Counted from the stretch's first letter, positions 1 through 9,803 are shown. The stretch: DNA of 64,000 bases from Eubacteriales bacterium (GCA_045596865.1 JAZODF010000039.1:2245-66244); one strand, 5' to 3'. Numbers and translations: made by a program. The notes: a model not told the origin generated them from the sequence alone.

Positions 1-6
1 CTCAAA

Positions 7-468
7 ATGATTGAGAACAACGCAAGGCTCACAGAGGCGAGCATCGCCGCCGCGCTCGGCATCACCGAGGCAGAGGTCAGAGCCGAGATAAACGAGATGG
101 AGCAGGCGGGGATCATCCGCGGCTACAAGGGCGTCATCGACTGGGACAAGGTTAACGTCGAGTCGGTCAGCGCCATCATCGAGCTTAAGGTCGTGCCGAA
201 GGCGGGTCTTGGCTTTGAGGAGGTTGCCGAGCTCATTGCCCGATACCCCGAGGTTGAGTCGGTGTCCTTAATGTCGGGTGCCTGCGACCTGACGGTCATC
301 GTGAAGGGGTCGACCTTCCGTGACGTTTCCACCTTCGTTGCCAAGGAGCTCGCCGTCATTGAGGGCGTGACCTCCACCGCGACGCAGTTCATCATGCGCA
401 GATACAAGGAATTCGGCGTTGAGCTCACCTCGAGCGAGGACGACGGGCGCGGAAGGATCTCATTATGA
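7..468 (+). CDS. Lrp/AsnC family transcriptional regulator
   Basis: 153-aa ORF. N-terminal wHTH (LTEASIAAALGITEAEVRAEINEMEQAGIIRGY) followed by an AsnC-type ligand domain. ATGA overlap with the downstream aminotransferase. Confidence 0.85.
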   Translation: MIENNARLTEASIAAALGITEAEVRAEINEMEQAGIIRGYKGVIDWDKVNVESVSAIIELKVVPKAGLGFEEVAELIARYPEVESVSLMSGACDLTVIVKGSTFRDVSTFVAKELAVIEGVTSTATQFIMRRYKEFGVELTSSEDDGRGRISL

Positions 469-1646
469 TAGATTACGAGAAGGTATTGTCAAGGACCGTC
501 CTTGATATGAAGCCCTCGGGAATACGGCGATTTTTCGACATTGCAAACACGATGGAGGGGGTCATCTCCCTCGGTGTCGGTGAGCCCGATTTTCGCACGC
601 CGTGGCAGGTGCGCTCGGCGGGCATACGCTCGCTCCAGAGGGCGAACACGAGATACACCTCCAACCTTGGTCTTGCCGAGCTGCGGCGCGAGATAGCGCG
701 GTACGTGTCACGCAAGTATGAGGTCGAGTACGAGCCGATGACCGAGGTGCTCGTCACCGTTGGTGGCAGCGAGGCGATCGATGCGAGCATCCGCGCGCTC
801 GTCAATCCCGGGGATGAGATCATCATACCCGAGCCGTCCTACGTCTGCTACGAGCCGATGACCCGCCTTGCGGGCGGGGTACCCGTGGTCATCAACACGC
901 AGGCAGAGAACGATTTCAAGCTGACCGCAGAGGAGCTGCGCGCGGCTATCACGCCGCGGACGAAGGCGCTCATCCTTCCCTACCCCTGCAACCCGACGGG
1001 CGCGATCATGGAGCGCGCCGACCTCGAGGCGATCGCCGAGGTGCTACGCGGCACGGATATCATCGTGATTTCCGACGAGATCTACGCCGAGCTGACGTTC
1101 GGCGGGGTGAGGCACACCTCCATCGCCGCGATACCCGATATGCGGGAGCGGTGCGTGATGATAAACGGCTTTTCCAAGGCGTTTTCGATGACGGGATGGC
1201 GGCTTGGCTACGCCTGCGGTCCCGCGCCCCTGCTCGGGCAGATCATGAAGATACACCAATACGCGATAATGTGTGCGCCGACAACCTCACAGTATGCGGC
1301 GGTCGAGGCCCTGCGCTCCTGTGACGGGGAGGTCGAGCGCATGCGCGACGAGTACGACGCGCGAAGAAAAATGATCGTCGCAGGATTCAACAAAATAGGC
1401 CTTGCCTGCCGCGAGCCGAAGGGTGCGTTCTACGCATTCCCGTCGATACAGTCGACAGGCCTCACAAGCGAGGAATTTTGCGAGCGTCTTTTGTACTCTA
1501 AGAAGGTCGCACTCGTGCCCGGTAACGCATTCGGCGAGTCGGGCGAGGGATTCGTCCGCGCGTCCTACTGCTACTCCCTCGCGCACATTGAGGAGGCCCT
1601 GCGCCGCGTCGGCGAGTTTGTCGAGGAGCTTAAGGCGGGGGAATAG
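465..1646 (+). CDS. PLP-dependent aminotransferase, class I/II (AspC-like)
   Basis: 393 aa. PLP-lysine motif SKAFSMTGWRLGY and NPTG motif (PYPCNPTGAIM). Typical length. Confidence 0.85.
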   Translation: MIDYEKVLSRTVLDMKPSGIRRFFDIANTMEGVISLGVGEPDFRTPWQVRSAGIRSLQRANTRYTSNLGLAELRREIARYVSRKYEVEYEPMTEVLVTVGGSEAIDASIRALVNPGDEIIIPEPSYVCYEPMTRLAGGVPVVINTQAENDFKLTAEELRAAITPRTKALILPYPCNPTGAIMERADLEAIAEVLRGTDIIVISDEIYAELTFGGVRHTSIAAIPDMRERCVMINGFSKAFSMTGWRLGYACGPAPLLGQIMKIHQYAIMCAPTTSQYAAVEALRSCDGEVERMRDEYDARRKMIVAGFNKIGLACREPKGAFYAFPSIQSTGLTSEEFCERLLYSKKVALVPGNAFGESGEGFVRASYCYSLAHIEEALRRVGEFVEELKAGE

Positions 1647-1791
1647 CCCGTCGCGGGTAAAACAAACCCGAAACCGCGCATTTGTAAATAACAGTTTACA
1701 ATATTTCGCATAAGTGCCGACCCGTGTTAAATTTTCGGGGGTGGCGCGGTACAGGCGAATGGTATTGATTTTTGAAGAAATAACGATAGAG

Positions 1792-1827
1792 GTCCCGCTC
1801 GGTATCGAGCGGGACCTTGTTTTTTGC
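1792..1827 (+). terminator. Rho-independent terminator
   Basis: Perfect 11-bp stem GGTCCCGCTCG/CGAGCGGGACC, GTAT loop, then TTGTTTTTT. Confidence 0.6.
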
Positions 1828-1955
1828 GTTTTAAGGGTTGTTTTTTTACGCGAACCGTCCGCATGTTTTCGGGGCGGATTTGCCCGTTTTTGCGGGGTGA
1901 AATTCGTCCGCCGTTAATGCTATCAGAGCGGGTGTGCCCGTTTTTCTTTTGCGAT

Positions 1956-2726
1956 TTACACCCGTCGCTTGTTGAATATCGGCACCGAGGCGGCGAAGCA
2001 AAGGACGGTCAGGGTCGCGGTGATAATAATTGCGTGGGTATATTCGCCCGCCTCCATAACGCCGTATATCAGCGAGTTGCCGTCGGCGAGGGCGGTGGGC
2101 AAATATTTGCCGATTTTCGGTAAAAGACCGACGAGGTAACAGAAGAGCACCACCCCGCCCGTGCCGAGATAGACGCCGACGCTCGAGGGTGATAGGGTCG
2201 AAAACAGGATGACGAGCGCGACGGTGAAGAGGCCGAAGAGCCACCAAGAGAATGCCGAGAGGAGGATATTATGCGCCACGGAATTATCCCAGATCACCTC
2301 GGAACAGACGTAGGTGATACCGAAGCAAAGGAGATAGCAGACCGACCAGACGACGGCAAGGACGGATGCCTTTGCAAGGACGACCTTGTACCGCGAAAGC
2401 CCCTTCGTCAACGAGAGGACGAGCGTGCCCGAGGAGTATTCGCGAGTGAATATCCCGCCCTCGAGAATTATAAGGACGATGAGGCCGATGGGGAGATTTT
2501 TATAATACTGCACCCAGCAGTCGAGCGAGGTAACCTCGGTCACCGTTGGAATGGCCATGCCACCCTCGACCGACGCGGAAAGCGTTTCGAGCAGCCACGG
2601 GGTCAGCCACGCAACCGCGGGATTCATTACGCCGAGGAGGAGAAAGACGCCGAGGAGTATCGGGAGCTTGCCACCGCAGAGATGTGCCAGCCACTCCTTT
2701 TTCAAAAAGGCAAGGAAGGATTTCAT
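1956..2726 (-). CDS. ABC-2 type transporter permease
   Basis: 256 aa with about 6 hydrophobic helices. ATGA-type overlap with the upstream ATPase gene. Confidence 0.6.
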   Translation of the reverse strand: MKSFLAFLKKEWLAHLCGGKLPILLGVFLLLGVMNPAVAWLTPWLLETLSASVEGGMAIPTVTEVTSLDCWVQYYKNLPIGLIVLIILEGGIFTREYSSGTLVLSLTKGLSRYKVVLAKASVLAVVWSVCYLLCFGITYVCSEVIWDNSVAHNILLSAFSWWLFGLFTVALVILFSTLSPSSVGVYLGTGGVVLFCYLVGLLPKIGKYLPTALADGNSLIYGVMEAGEYTHAIIITATLTVLCFAASVPIFNKRRV

Positions 2727-3628
2727 TTCTCGGTCACCTCCATAAACAGGTCCTCGAGGCTCGGCTCGACCCGCTCGATTTTCATAACGGGGATATCGCG
2801 CTCGGCAATGAAGCGGAGCACGGCGGATGCCGAATGTGCATCCTCGCCAAAGGTCACCCTGCCCTCGTCGACCGAGCGCATACCGCGAAATTCACCGAGA
2901 AGGATAGGGATATCCGACGGCCGCTCGGGCTCTATCATATATTCGTTTTTGCGGTATTTCGATTTGACGTCGGCGAGCGGTCCGCAGACCTCAACCACGC
3001 CGTTATTCAAAAAAGCGACGTCGGTACAAATTCGCTCAACGTCGGTGAGAATGTGCGTCGAAAACAGGACGGTGGTCCGATCGCGCACCGAGAGGAGGAT
3101 GTCGAGGATTTCCTTGCGCCCGACGGGGTCAAGCGCCGAGGTCGGCTCGTCACAGATGAGCAGTCGCGGGTTGCCAAGGAGCGCCTGCGCGATGCCGAGG
3201 CGTTGCTTCATTCCGCGGGAAAAGCCCCTGATACGGTGGGTTTCGCCCGCAAGTCCGACCAGCGAGAGCAGCTCGGCGGTGCGCTCCTTAATTTCGGCGG
3301 GCGGCATTTCGGCAATCTCACCACAGAAGGTGAGATATTCCGCCGCGGTCATAAAACCGTAGAATTCGGGCACGTCGGGCAGATAGCCGATGAAGCGATT
3401 CGTGGCGGTTTGGCCAAATTCGACGCGCTCGCCGTTTACGAAGATCTCGCCCGCGTCAGCGGCGAGGAGACCGAGGACCGCCTTCATCGTCGTGGTTTTG
3501 CCCGCGCCGTTTTTGCCGATAAAGCCGTAGATGCTATGCTCGGGGACGGCGAGGCTAAGCCCGCGGAGGACCGCCTTGTCACCGAAGCTCTTGTATAGCC
3601 CCTTTATTTCAAGCATATTTTGCGCCAT
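2723..3628 (-). CDS. ABC transporter ATP-binding protein
   Basis: Walker A GKNGAGKTTT, signature-like FSRGMKQRLGIA, Walker B LLICDEPTSALD. Start set to MAQNMLEIKG (ATG at 3628), which overlaps the TAA of the merR-like gene by 1 nt. Confidence 0.9.
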   Translation of the reverse strand: MAQNMLEIKGLYKSFGDKAVLRGLSLAVPEHSIYGFIGKNGAGKTTTMKAVLGLLAADAGEIFVNGERVEFGQTATNRFIGYLPDVPEFYGFMTAAEYLTFCGEIAEMPPAEIKERTAELLSLVGLAGETHRIRGFSRGMKQRLGIAQALLGNPRLLICDEPTSALDPVGRKEILDILLSVRDRTTVLFSTHILTDVERICTDVAFLNNGVVEVCGPLADVKSKYRKNEYMIEPERPSDIPILLGEFRGMRSVDEGRVTFGEDAHSASAVLRFIAERDIPVMKIERVEPSLEDLFMEVTEK

Positions 3629-4359
3629 TATTTCTTCTCTCCCCCATCGTGATAGACCTCGACGCAAAGGCCCTTGTTTTTGCAGTTGGGACAGGTCAGC
3701 CGACGCATTTTCGGCGTGTGGTGGGCGAAGAAGGACTCACGCAGTCGAGGGCGAAAGACCTCGTGACACTCGGGACAGATGTAGGCAACGTGCCCGAAAT
3801 AGTAGACGGACACCGCGATGCCCCAGGGAATTGCCACCGCCGCCCAGACGGCAAACAGCCACCAGAGGCCGTGCGTCAGACCGAGCACCAGCGCGGTGAT
3901 CTCGAGCGCGCTTACGGGGATGCCCGTGAGGATCATCATAAGGCGCATTTTTGTGAGTTTATCCTTTTGTTTCATAACGTGTGCTATATCACCGATGGAT
4001 TCAACCGAGAAGGTCTTTATCTCGCGTAGCTCGCGCTTGATACCCTCGATTACGCGGAGCTGATTCTGCCGCTCGGCAAGCTCGGCGCGAAGGGTGCCCT
4101 CCTGCTCGTCGAGGATGACGGAAATGATGTTTCCGAGGTTTGGCTCGTTAAGCAGAGTGGCGATGCTGTTTATCGGCAGGCCCGCCTCACGAAGGAAGCA
4201 GATGACCCGCATAAGGCGAAGATCGTCCTCCGAATACAGACGTCGACCGCCCTCGCTAAGCTCGCTTGGCACGAGGATGCCGCGGTTATCGTAATATTGC
4301 ACCGTGCGAACCGATACGCCGCACAGCCTCGCTATCTCTCCGGTTGTGTATTTTGACAT
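3628..4359 (-). CDS. MerR family transcriptional regulator with C-terminal 2-TM and zinc-ribbon extension
   Basis: MerR HTH (YTTGEIARLCGVSVRTVQYYDNRGIL), coiled linker, two hydrophobic helices, then CPEC...CPNC. Start at MSKY (4359) preceded by AAAGGAGGTG. Confidence 0.85.
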   Translation of the reverse strand: MSKYTTGEIARLCGVSVRTVQYYDNRGILVPSELSEGGRRLYSEDDLRLMRVICFLREAGLPINSIATLLNEPNLGNIISVILDEQEGTLRAELAERQNQLRVIEGIKRELREIKTFSVESIGDIAHVMKQKDKLTKMRLMMILTGIPVSALEITALVLGLTHGLWWLFAVWAAVAIPWGIAVSVYYFGHVAYICPECHEVFRPRLRESFFAHHTPKMRRLTCPNCKNKGLCVEVYHDGGEKK

Positions 4360-4381
4360 AGCTAACACCTCCTTTGTCCCC

Positions 4382-4412
4382 ATTATATATCATTACGCAG
4401 CGTCACGAGCAA
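4382..4412 (-). promoter_or_regulatory. Putative merR-operon promoter with 19-nt spacer
   Basis: On the minus strand: TTGCTC, 19 nt, TATAAT. Inverted repeat GCGTCA/TGACGC (4400-4405 and 4417-4422) brackets the -35. Confidence 0.35.
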
Positions 4413-4699
4413 TACCTGACGCAGGGGGATTTTTTAATAAATGCGCTATTTTTCGCTTTTTTCTTCTTTTTCATTATTATATCACACCTGCGCGTGATGT
4501 TCAAGGGGGGTCACGCGCCGCGCCGCACTAGGCCGCCCACCCTCGCAAGACGAGCGACCCCCGCCGTCCTTCGGCATTCTGTCACGCCGTTCTTGTGCGT
4601 TTTTCGCCCCCTTGCGCGTTAATGTAAATAGTTATTTACACAATTTCTAATATCCCCGCACCCGTGTTGAATTATCACGGGTTTTCTATGTATTAATCA

Positions 4700-4737
4700 C
4701 AAAGAAAACGCCCCGAGCCGATTTTGGCTCGGGGCAG
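4700..4737 (-). terminator. Rho-independent terminator after the acyl-CoA ligase gene
   Basis: Stem GCCCCGAGCC/GGCTCGGGGC, followed on the minus strand by GTTTTCTTTGTG. Confidence 0.55.
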
Positions 4738-4817
4738 GTATTTCCCGCAGGCGGCGGATGAAACCTACGCCGCCTAAGTCGGGGGATGTGTCGTATTTTC
4801 GGGGTTTTCGACCTATA

Positions 4818-6497
4818 TTAGTCGATAGACATATCGAGCTTGAAGCGCATGATCTTTCTGAGGGTGTTCTTCGGGAAGTCCTCCTCGCGAACCTTGATTA
4901 CGAGGATCTTCTTGTACGCGACGGCGGTGGTGTTGTACTCGTCGACGAACTTCTTGATATACGCCTTCTTATCCTCGATGCCCTCCTTCTTGCAGAAGTC
5001 GGGGTCGAGATAGAACTCTGCTACGATTGCGTTGTGCTCCATGCCTCTCTTCGACTGACCCTCGTAAACGATGGTGTCAAGAACGCCGGGAACGGCGGCA
5101 AACTCGCTCTCGATCTCCTCGGGGTAAACGTTCTTTCCGTTGGAGAGGATGATGAGGTTCTTGTTTCTACCCGTGATGGCGATTGCGCCCTCCTTGGTGA
5201 TCTTACCGTAGTCGCCCGTGCGGAAATATCCGTCCTCGGTCATTGCGTCTGCGGTCGCGTCGGGATCCTTGAAGTAGCCGAGCATTACGTTCGGGCCCTT
5301 CACGCAGATCTCGCCCTCGCCGTCCTCGTTAGGCTCGTCAATGCGGACGTCGTCGCCGTCGATAGCGAAGCCGACCGAGCCGTCAACGATGCGGTAGGAG
5401 TGGTTAACCGAGATAAGCGGCGAGCACTCGGTAATTCCGTAGCCGTTAAGAATGGTTACGCCGATGCCGTCGAAGAAATCGATAATATCCTGGTTGATGG
5501 GTGCGCCACCGCAAACGAGGTGGTTAAGCTTGCCGCCGAACGCCTCCATGATCTGACCGAAGAGCTTCTTGCGAAGGTCGATGCCGAGCTTGCGAAGGAA
5601 GTTCGACACCTTGATCATACGGTGAACGAGCTTGGTCTTGCCCTTCTCCTTGAGGGATGCCTGAATCTTACGGTAGAAGGTCTCGACGTAGAGGGGAACG
5701 AGCACGACGTGACCGGGTGCCTGCTCCTTCAGCTCACGCGAAACGTACGCGATGCCCGAGGAGAGGTAGACCTCGATGCCCACGCTGTTCTGTCCGTAGA
5801 TGGCAACGCTCGAGCCGTAGGTGTGATGAGGGGGAAGGACGCCGACCGTCTTCGTCGAGAAATCGATGTACTGAACGACGTCGGAGAGATCCCAAACGAT
5901 ACCCTCCTGGCAGAGCATAACGCCCTTGCCCTTGCCGGTGGTGCCGGAGGTGAACACGAGCAGTGCCATTGCACGGGGGTCGATCTTGGTTGCGTAGTAG
6001 GGGGCGCTGTCCTTCTTGAAGGATTCAAGACCCTCTGCCGCCATTGCGGCGATGTCGGTTTCGAGAACGAGAAGCTCTACGCCAAGTGCGTCGGCGATCT
6101 CCCTGCCCTTTGCCTCGATTGCCTTTTCAACGACGAGGACCTCGGTGTCCGCGCGCTCGGCGGTGGGGATGAGCTCTGCCGCGCTCCAATCCCTGTCAAG
6201 CGGGATAAGCACGGATGCGGTACACATAGATGCGTAATAAACGAGCGTCCAATTGTAGGTCCACTTGCCGATAAGGGTGATGTGCTTGCCTGCGATGCCC
6301 TTCTCGATAAATGCGGTGGAAAGGCCGCGGATGTCGTCGCGGAGCTCGGGGTAGGTCTTTCTCACGATCTCCTTGTCCCTCGGGGTCACGCGCCAGGAGT
6401 AGGCGTATCTGTCCGCCCAGCGGTCGCCAATGTCCTCCACCATGTGGCGGATGTCGGTGTAATAAACTCTTTCACGAATCTTCTTTTCAGGTTTCAT
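4818..6497 (-). CDS. Long-chain fatty acid-CoA ligase (AMP-binding enzyme family)
   Basis: 559 aa. AMP-binding motif FTSGTTGKGKGVML, plus NGYGITECSP and YFRTGDYGK. RBS AAAAGGAGAA. Confidence 0.85.
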   Translation of the reverse strand: MKPEKKIRERVYYTDIRHMVEDIGDRWADRYAYSWRVTPRDKEIVRKTYPELRDDIRGLSTAFIEKGIAGKHITLIGKWTYNWTLVYYASMCTASVLIPLDRDWSAAELIPTAERADTEVLVVEKAIEAKGREIADALGVELLVLETDIAAMAAEGLESFKKDSAPYYATKIDPRAMALLVFTSGTTGKGKGVMLCQEGIVWDLSDVVQYIDFSTKTVGVLPPHHTYGSSVAIYGQNSVGIEVYLSSGIAYVSRELKEQAPGHVVLVPLYVETFYRKIQASLKEKGKTKLVHRMIKVSNFLRKLGIDLRKKLFGQIMEAFGGKLNHLVCGGAPINQDIIDFFDGIGVTILNGYGITECSPLISVNHSYRIVDGSVGFAIDGDDVRIDEPNEDGEGEICVKGPNVMLGYFKDPDATADAMTEDGYFRTGDYGKITKEGAIAITGRNKNLIILSNGKNVYPEEIESEFAAVPGVLDTIVYEGQSKRGMEHNAIVAEFYLDPDFCKKEGIEDKKAYIKKFVDEYNTTAVAYKKILVIKVREEDFPKNTLRKIMRFKLDMSID

Positions 6498-6511
6498 TTT
6501 TCATTCTCCTT

Positions 6512-7064
6512 TTAAGATGTGACGTCGCCCGCGCTCTTTCCCGAGGCGGCGAAGCTTGTTATATTTCTGTGTATTTTCTCCAAAGTGTTGTAGAAGGAGA
6601 GCAGCTCCTCCTCGGAAACGCCGTTATCGGCGGCCGACTGCACGCGGACAACCTCGTCAACGATGCGGTGTGCGAGGTCCCTGCCCTTTTCGGTGAGGGT
6701 GAAGCGGGCGTTGTAGCTGCGCTTTTTGCCGTCCTGCCCCTCCGCGGCGATGTATCCGTCGGATTTCAGCGTGGCGATCTCACGCGAGACGAGCGATTTG
6801 TCGATCATACTGACCGCGGCGATCTCGGCGGCGGTGAGCCCGTCGGGATATTCGAGCAGCTTATAGACCCAGAAAACGTGAACGCCCTTGACCCCAAGAT
6901 GCGGTGCAACGTCCAGCTTAATGCGGTTTATCGCCTTGTGAATACCGTCGATATATAGGGTGAATTTTTCATATCTGAGCTTTTCCACTTGCGGTGTTTT
7001 CCATCTCCTTTCGGTGATAAAATGTTTACCTGTCAACTTTTCACCAAATATCATTATATCACAC
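6512..7064 (-). CDS. MarR family transcriptional regulator
   Basis: wHTH region LTAAEIAAVSMIDKSLVSREIATLKSDGYI...TLTEKG. Sits 14 nt upstream of the acyl-CoA ligase gene. Start uncertain: ATG at 7064, TTG at 7081, or an internal GTG. Confidence 0.75.
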
Positions 7065-7113
7065 ACTTTCGCGTTTGTCAACAGTCTTTATAATTTGTTG
7101 GCGGGGCGTGCTA

Positions 7114-7142
7114 TTGACTTTACCTGCGCGAGGGGGTATAAT
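7114..7142 (+). promoter_or_regulatory. Sigma-A type promoter
   Basis: TTGACT-N17-TATAAT. Shares GCGCG(A)GGGGGTATAATAGAGG with the promoter at 9745. Confidence 0.5.
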
Positions 7143-7253
7143 AGAGGTGTCGGTGTGCTCGCGGTATAGATCGACGGGTCGCGAACCGCATCGTTAATTG
7201 AGTGGCGAATACGTATTATCTAATGTATATAATGAATAATAAAGGAGCATTTT

Positions 7254-8258
7254 ATGAAAAGAATTATCTGCGCCTGCTTGGCGATAATTTCCCTGCTCTC
7301 CGTTTTTCCGCTTGTCGGATGCGCTCCGAGGCTACCCGAGGTTGAGTACACGCTCGCCGAGGATGCGACCTTCGTGAACGGGGGAGTCAAGTACGGCCTC
7401 TCGGACAAGGGACTTATCGCCCTTGAGGTGGTCGACAGGACGTTGACCGAGGTCCGGCTCTACGGCTACGTCAACGAGTACAACGTCGACGAGGCGACCG
7501 ACGCGTTTATGGCGGCGATTGATGCAAAGGCCGTACCGACCGACGAGGTCTACGCAATTGCAGGCGGCTTCCTTAACGACAACGACACGGTCGAATATCT
7601 CGTTTTGCCAAGCTCGCTCTCGCTCGGATTTTTCGAGGAGGGGTGCATCGTCGGGTGTGACAATCTCAAAAAGGTTAAGCTCCACAACGACATGCTCAAG
7701 GCGGATATCACACTCCGCACCGAGAAAAATGCGTTCTCCCTCGCAGATGATACCGTGTTCTCGGTCTGCAATCTTGAAAGGGTGGGTAAGTACGCCGTAA
7801 CCCTCGAGACCCTCGGCAAGCGTCTGGTATACGATCGTGACGTGTATTTCGTCATTTCGGCAGACGTTGATCACACCTATTTCGGTGCCGACACGGTGCT
7901 CGAATACGTCAGCGCCACCTACGAAATCACCGCGCGAATCATGGGCGGCAAGCGCCGTAAGATCTGGTTCTACCAGAGGGGCCCCGAGGATAAGTACATA
8001 GAGAAGATCGCCTCGGCGGGCGACACCGTAAAATACAGCTCCAAAAGAGAGAAGCTGAAAATCGAATATACCCTTGACGGCTGTGCGGATATTGAGGCGT
8101 GGGTTCTCAAAAATCACATGCCCTTCTCCTGCAAGGATGAGTATTCGACGAACAACACCTTCTTTTGTACCGAACGTAACTATCGCACGGATGACGTGTA
8201 CTTCGAGCTGGAGCTTGAGGGATATCTCACCTTCCAATCGGACGGTGACAGGGATTAA
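7254..8258 (+). CDS. Hypothetical lipoprotein
   Basis: 334 aa. Signal peptide with lipobox (SVFPLVGC). RBS AAAGGAG. No recognisable catalytic motif. Confidence 0.6.
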   Translation: MKRIICACLAIISLLSVFPLVGCAPRLPEVEYTLAEDATFVNGGVKYGLSDKGLIALEVVDRTLTEVRLYGYVNEYNVDEATDAFMAAIDAKAVPTDEVYAIAGGFLNDNDTVEYLVLPSSLSLGFFEEGCIVGCDNLKKVKLHNDMLKADITLRTEKNAFSLADDTVFSVCNLERVGKYAVTLETLGKRLVYDRDVYFVISADVDHTYFGADTVLEYVSATYEITARIMGGKRRKIWFYQRGPEDKYIEKIASAGDTVKYSSKREKLKIEYTLDGCADIEAWVLKNHMPFSCKDEYSTNNTFFCTERNYRTDDVYFELELEGYLTFQSDGDRD

Positions 8259-8283
8259 TGTAATCTTTTATTTACATATCGAC

Positions 8284-8320
8284 AAAAAAGCGGAGCGAAA
8301 AATCGCTCCGCTTTGCTATT
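8284..8320. terminator. Bidirectional terminator between convergent genes
   Basis: A-run, stem GCGGAGCG/CGCTCCGC, T-rich tail. Confidence 0.6.
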
Positions 8321-8371
8321 TAATTTAACACGGGGTGGGGGCAACCGCTATTTATGCGGTTTTTCGCGGGG

Positions 8372-9442
8372 TTATTCGGGCAGGCGCTCGACCGTCAGCT
8401 CAAAGGTCTTGAAGTTGAGAATTACGTCGTAGGTGCCGACCTCGCGCAGGTAGTAAGTACTGCCCGAGACGTCAAGATTCTCGTCCTCTGTGGCGACAAA
8501 GACGATCTCGTCGTAGCTCTCGGTGTAGAAGGTCGGGATTCGGGTGTCCTTCTCGTCCGCGCTCATACGGTAGCGGATGACGTGCGGCGCCGCCTCGTCA
8601 TACGGGGTCAGGGTGATGAAGTCACCGTCCTCGTATATCTGGCAGGTGTACCGGATGGCGTCGGGTGAAACCGGCTCAATGCGCAGGGTGTAAGTCACCG
8701 AGTTCATATAGACGTTGTACCTGCCGCCGTAGTTGACCGACACGTTGGATTTGCTGAAATTACCGAAGAGGTCGGTTTTATCGTCGGCCGCGGCGAAGTG
8801 ATAAATGCTGACGTGGGTGCGATCGTGGAAGAACAGGTACTCGCCCGCGGGGATCTCGACGTCCGTGAGGCAATACTCGTCGGGGTTATCGGGATTCTTC
8901 GCCATCGGGTGATACTCGGATTTCATCCACATCTCACAGCTCGGCATGGTGTAGTAGCGAGGGGTGTCTATCTCGCGCTTGTAGACGAGGTCAAAGGTGT
9001 GCGCGTTCACGTCGAATTTGATGGTGTAGACGCCGCTTTTCACAATATTTATCTGGATATCGTAGCCGCTCTCCTTCTCCTCGGAGGCGTATTCGGTGTC
9101 GGTCGGGTCGCCGAGAGTGGCGTACAGGTCGCGCATATCCCCCGAAACGGCGTAGAAATAGTCACCCTCGTACAGGTAGATCTCGTCGTAGACGCGGTTG
9201 TCGCCCTCGAGCGAGAAGATCTTGTAGTTCATAAAGTAACCGTGGACGCTCATGGACAAAATGAGCTTATCCGAGGTGTAATACTCGGTATCGGGCGCGG
9301 GAGTGAAGTGGTCGACGGTCACGTCCTCGGGCAAAACCACGGTGATGTCGGAGTTGTAATCCCTATCGCCGCCCGCGAAATCACAGCCGACGAGCAGACA
9401 TATAAGCATAAGTGCGGCAAAAATCAGAGCAAGTCGTTTCAT
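8372..9442 (-). CDS. Hypothetical lipoprotein
   Basis: Start set to MKRLALIFAALMLICLLVGC (lipobox), preceded by GGAGG. About 356 aa and Tyr/Asp-rich. Confidence 0.6.
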   Translation of the reverse strand: MKRLALIFAALMLICLLVGCDFAGGDRDYNSDITVVLPEDVTVDHFTPAPDTEYYTSDKLILSMSVHGYFMNYKIFSLEGDNRVYDEIYLYEGDYFYAVSGDMRDLYATLGDPTDTEYASEEKESGYDIQINIVKSGVYTIKFDVNAHTFDLVYKREIDTPRYYTMPSCEMWMKSEYHPMAKNPDNPDEYCLTDVEIPAGEYLFFHDRTHVSIYHFAAADDKTDLFGNFSKSNVSVNYGGRYNVYMNSVTYTLRIEPVSPDAIRYTCQIYEDGDFITLTPYDEAAPHVIRYRMSADEKDTRIPTFYTESYDEIVFVATEDENLDVSGSTYYLREVGTYDVILNFKTFELTVERLPE

Positions 9443-9604
9443 AACGCAACCTCCATTGATTGTTTTCAACCCTATTTTAGCACAACGAACGCCGCCCGTC
9501 AAGCAGATAATTGACGTTTGTTAAAGATTTGGGGGGCGATTCGCGGCAAAAAGTGGCGCGGGCAGGGCACGGCAAAAAGCGGGGTCAAGCGAGGCGAGCA
9601 CAGC

Positions 9605-9689
9605 GGCAAAGCCTCGCCCATCGGGAGAGTGTGTCAGAGAGTTGCCATGCAACTCGACGGAGAGGGCAAAGCCTCGCCCATCGGGAGAG
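9605..9689 (+). repeat. Two direct copies of a 25-nt motif, period 60
   Basis: GGCAAAGCCTCGCCCATCGGGAGAG at 9605-9629 and 9665-9689. Confidence 0.8.
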
Positions 9690-9744
9690 GTGGCGGCGGC
9701 GACGGGGGTCAAACGGGGCGAACGCGAGGCGGGAAATTTCGGGA

Positions 9745-9774
9745 TTGACAAGCATACCCGCGCGGGGGTATAAT
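9745..9774 (+). promoter_or_regulatory. Sigma-A type promoter
   Basis: TTGACA-N18-TATAAT, 30 nt upstream of the nucleoside hydrolase start. Confidence 0.5.
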
Positions 9775-9803
9775 AGAGGCAGAAAAGAAAGCGAGGACAG
9801 GCT

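Noticed and set aside
2271-3598. Two overlapping plus-strand ORFs of 350-363 aa
   Set aside because: They are antisense to the ABC permease and ATPase genes.
4758-6515. 585-aa ORF on the plus strand
   Set aside because: It is antisense to the acyl-CoA ligase gene, whose AMP-binding motifs are unambiguous. Its composition is Val/Asp/Gly/Leu/Ala-rich junk typical of stop-poor antisense frames in high-GC DNA, and it has no RBS.
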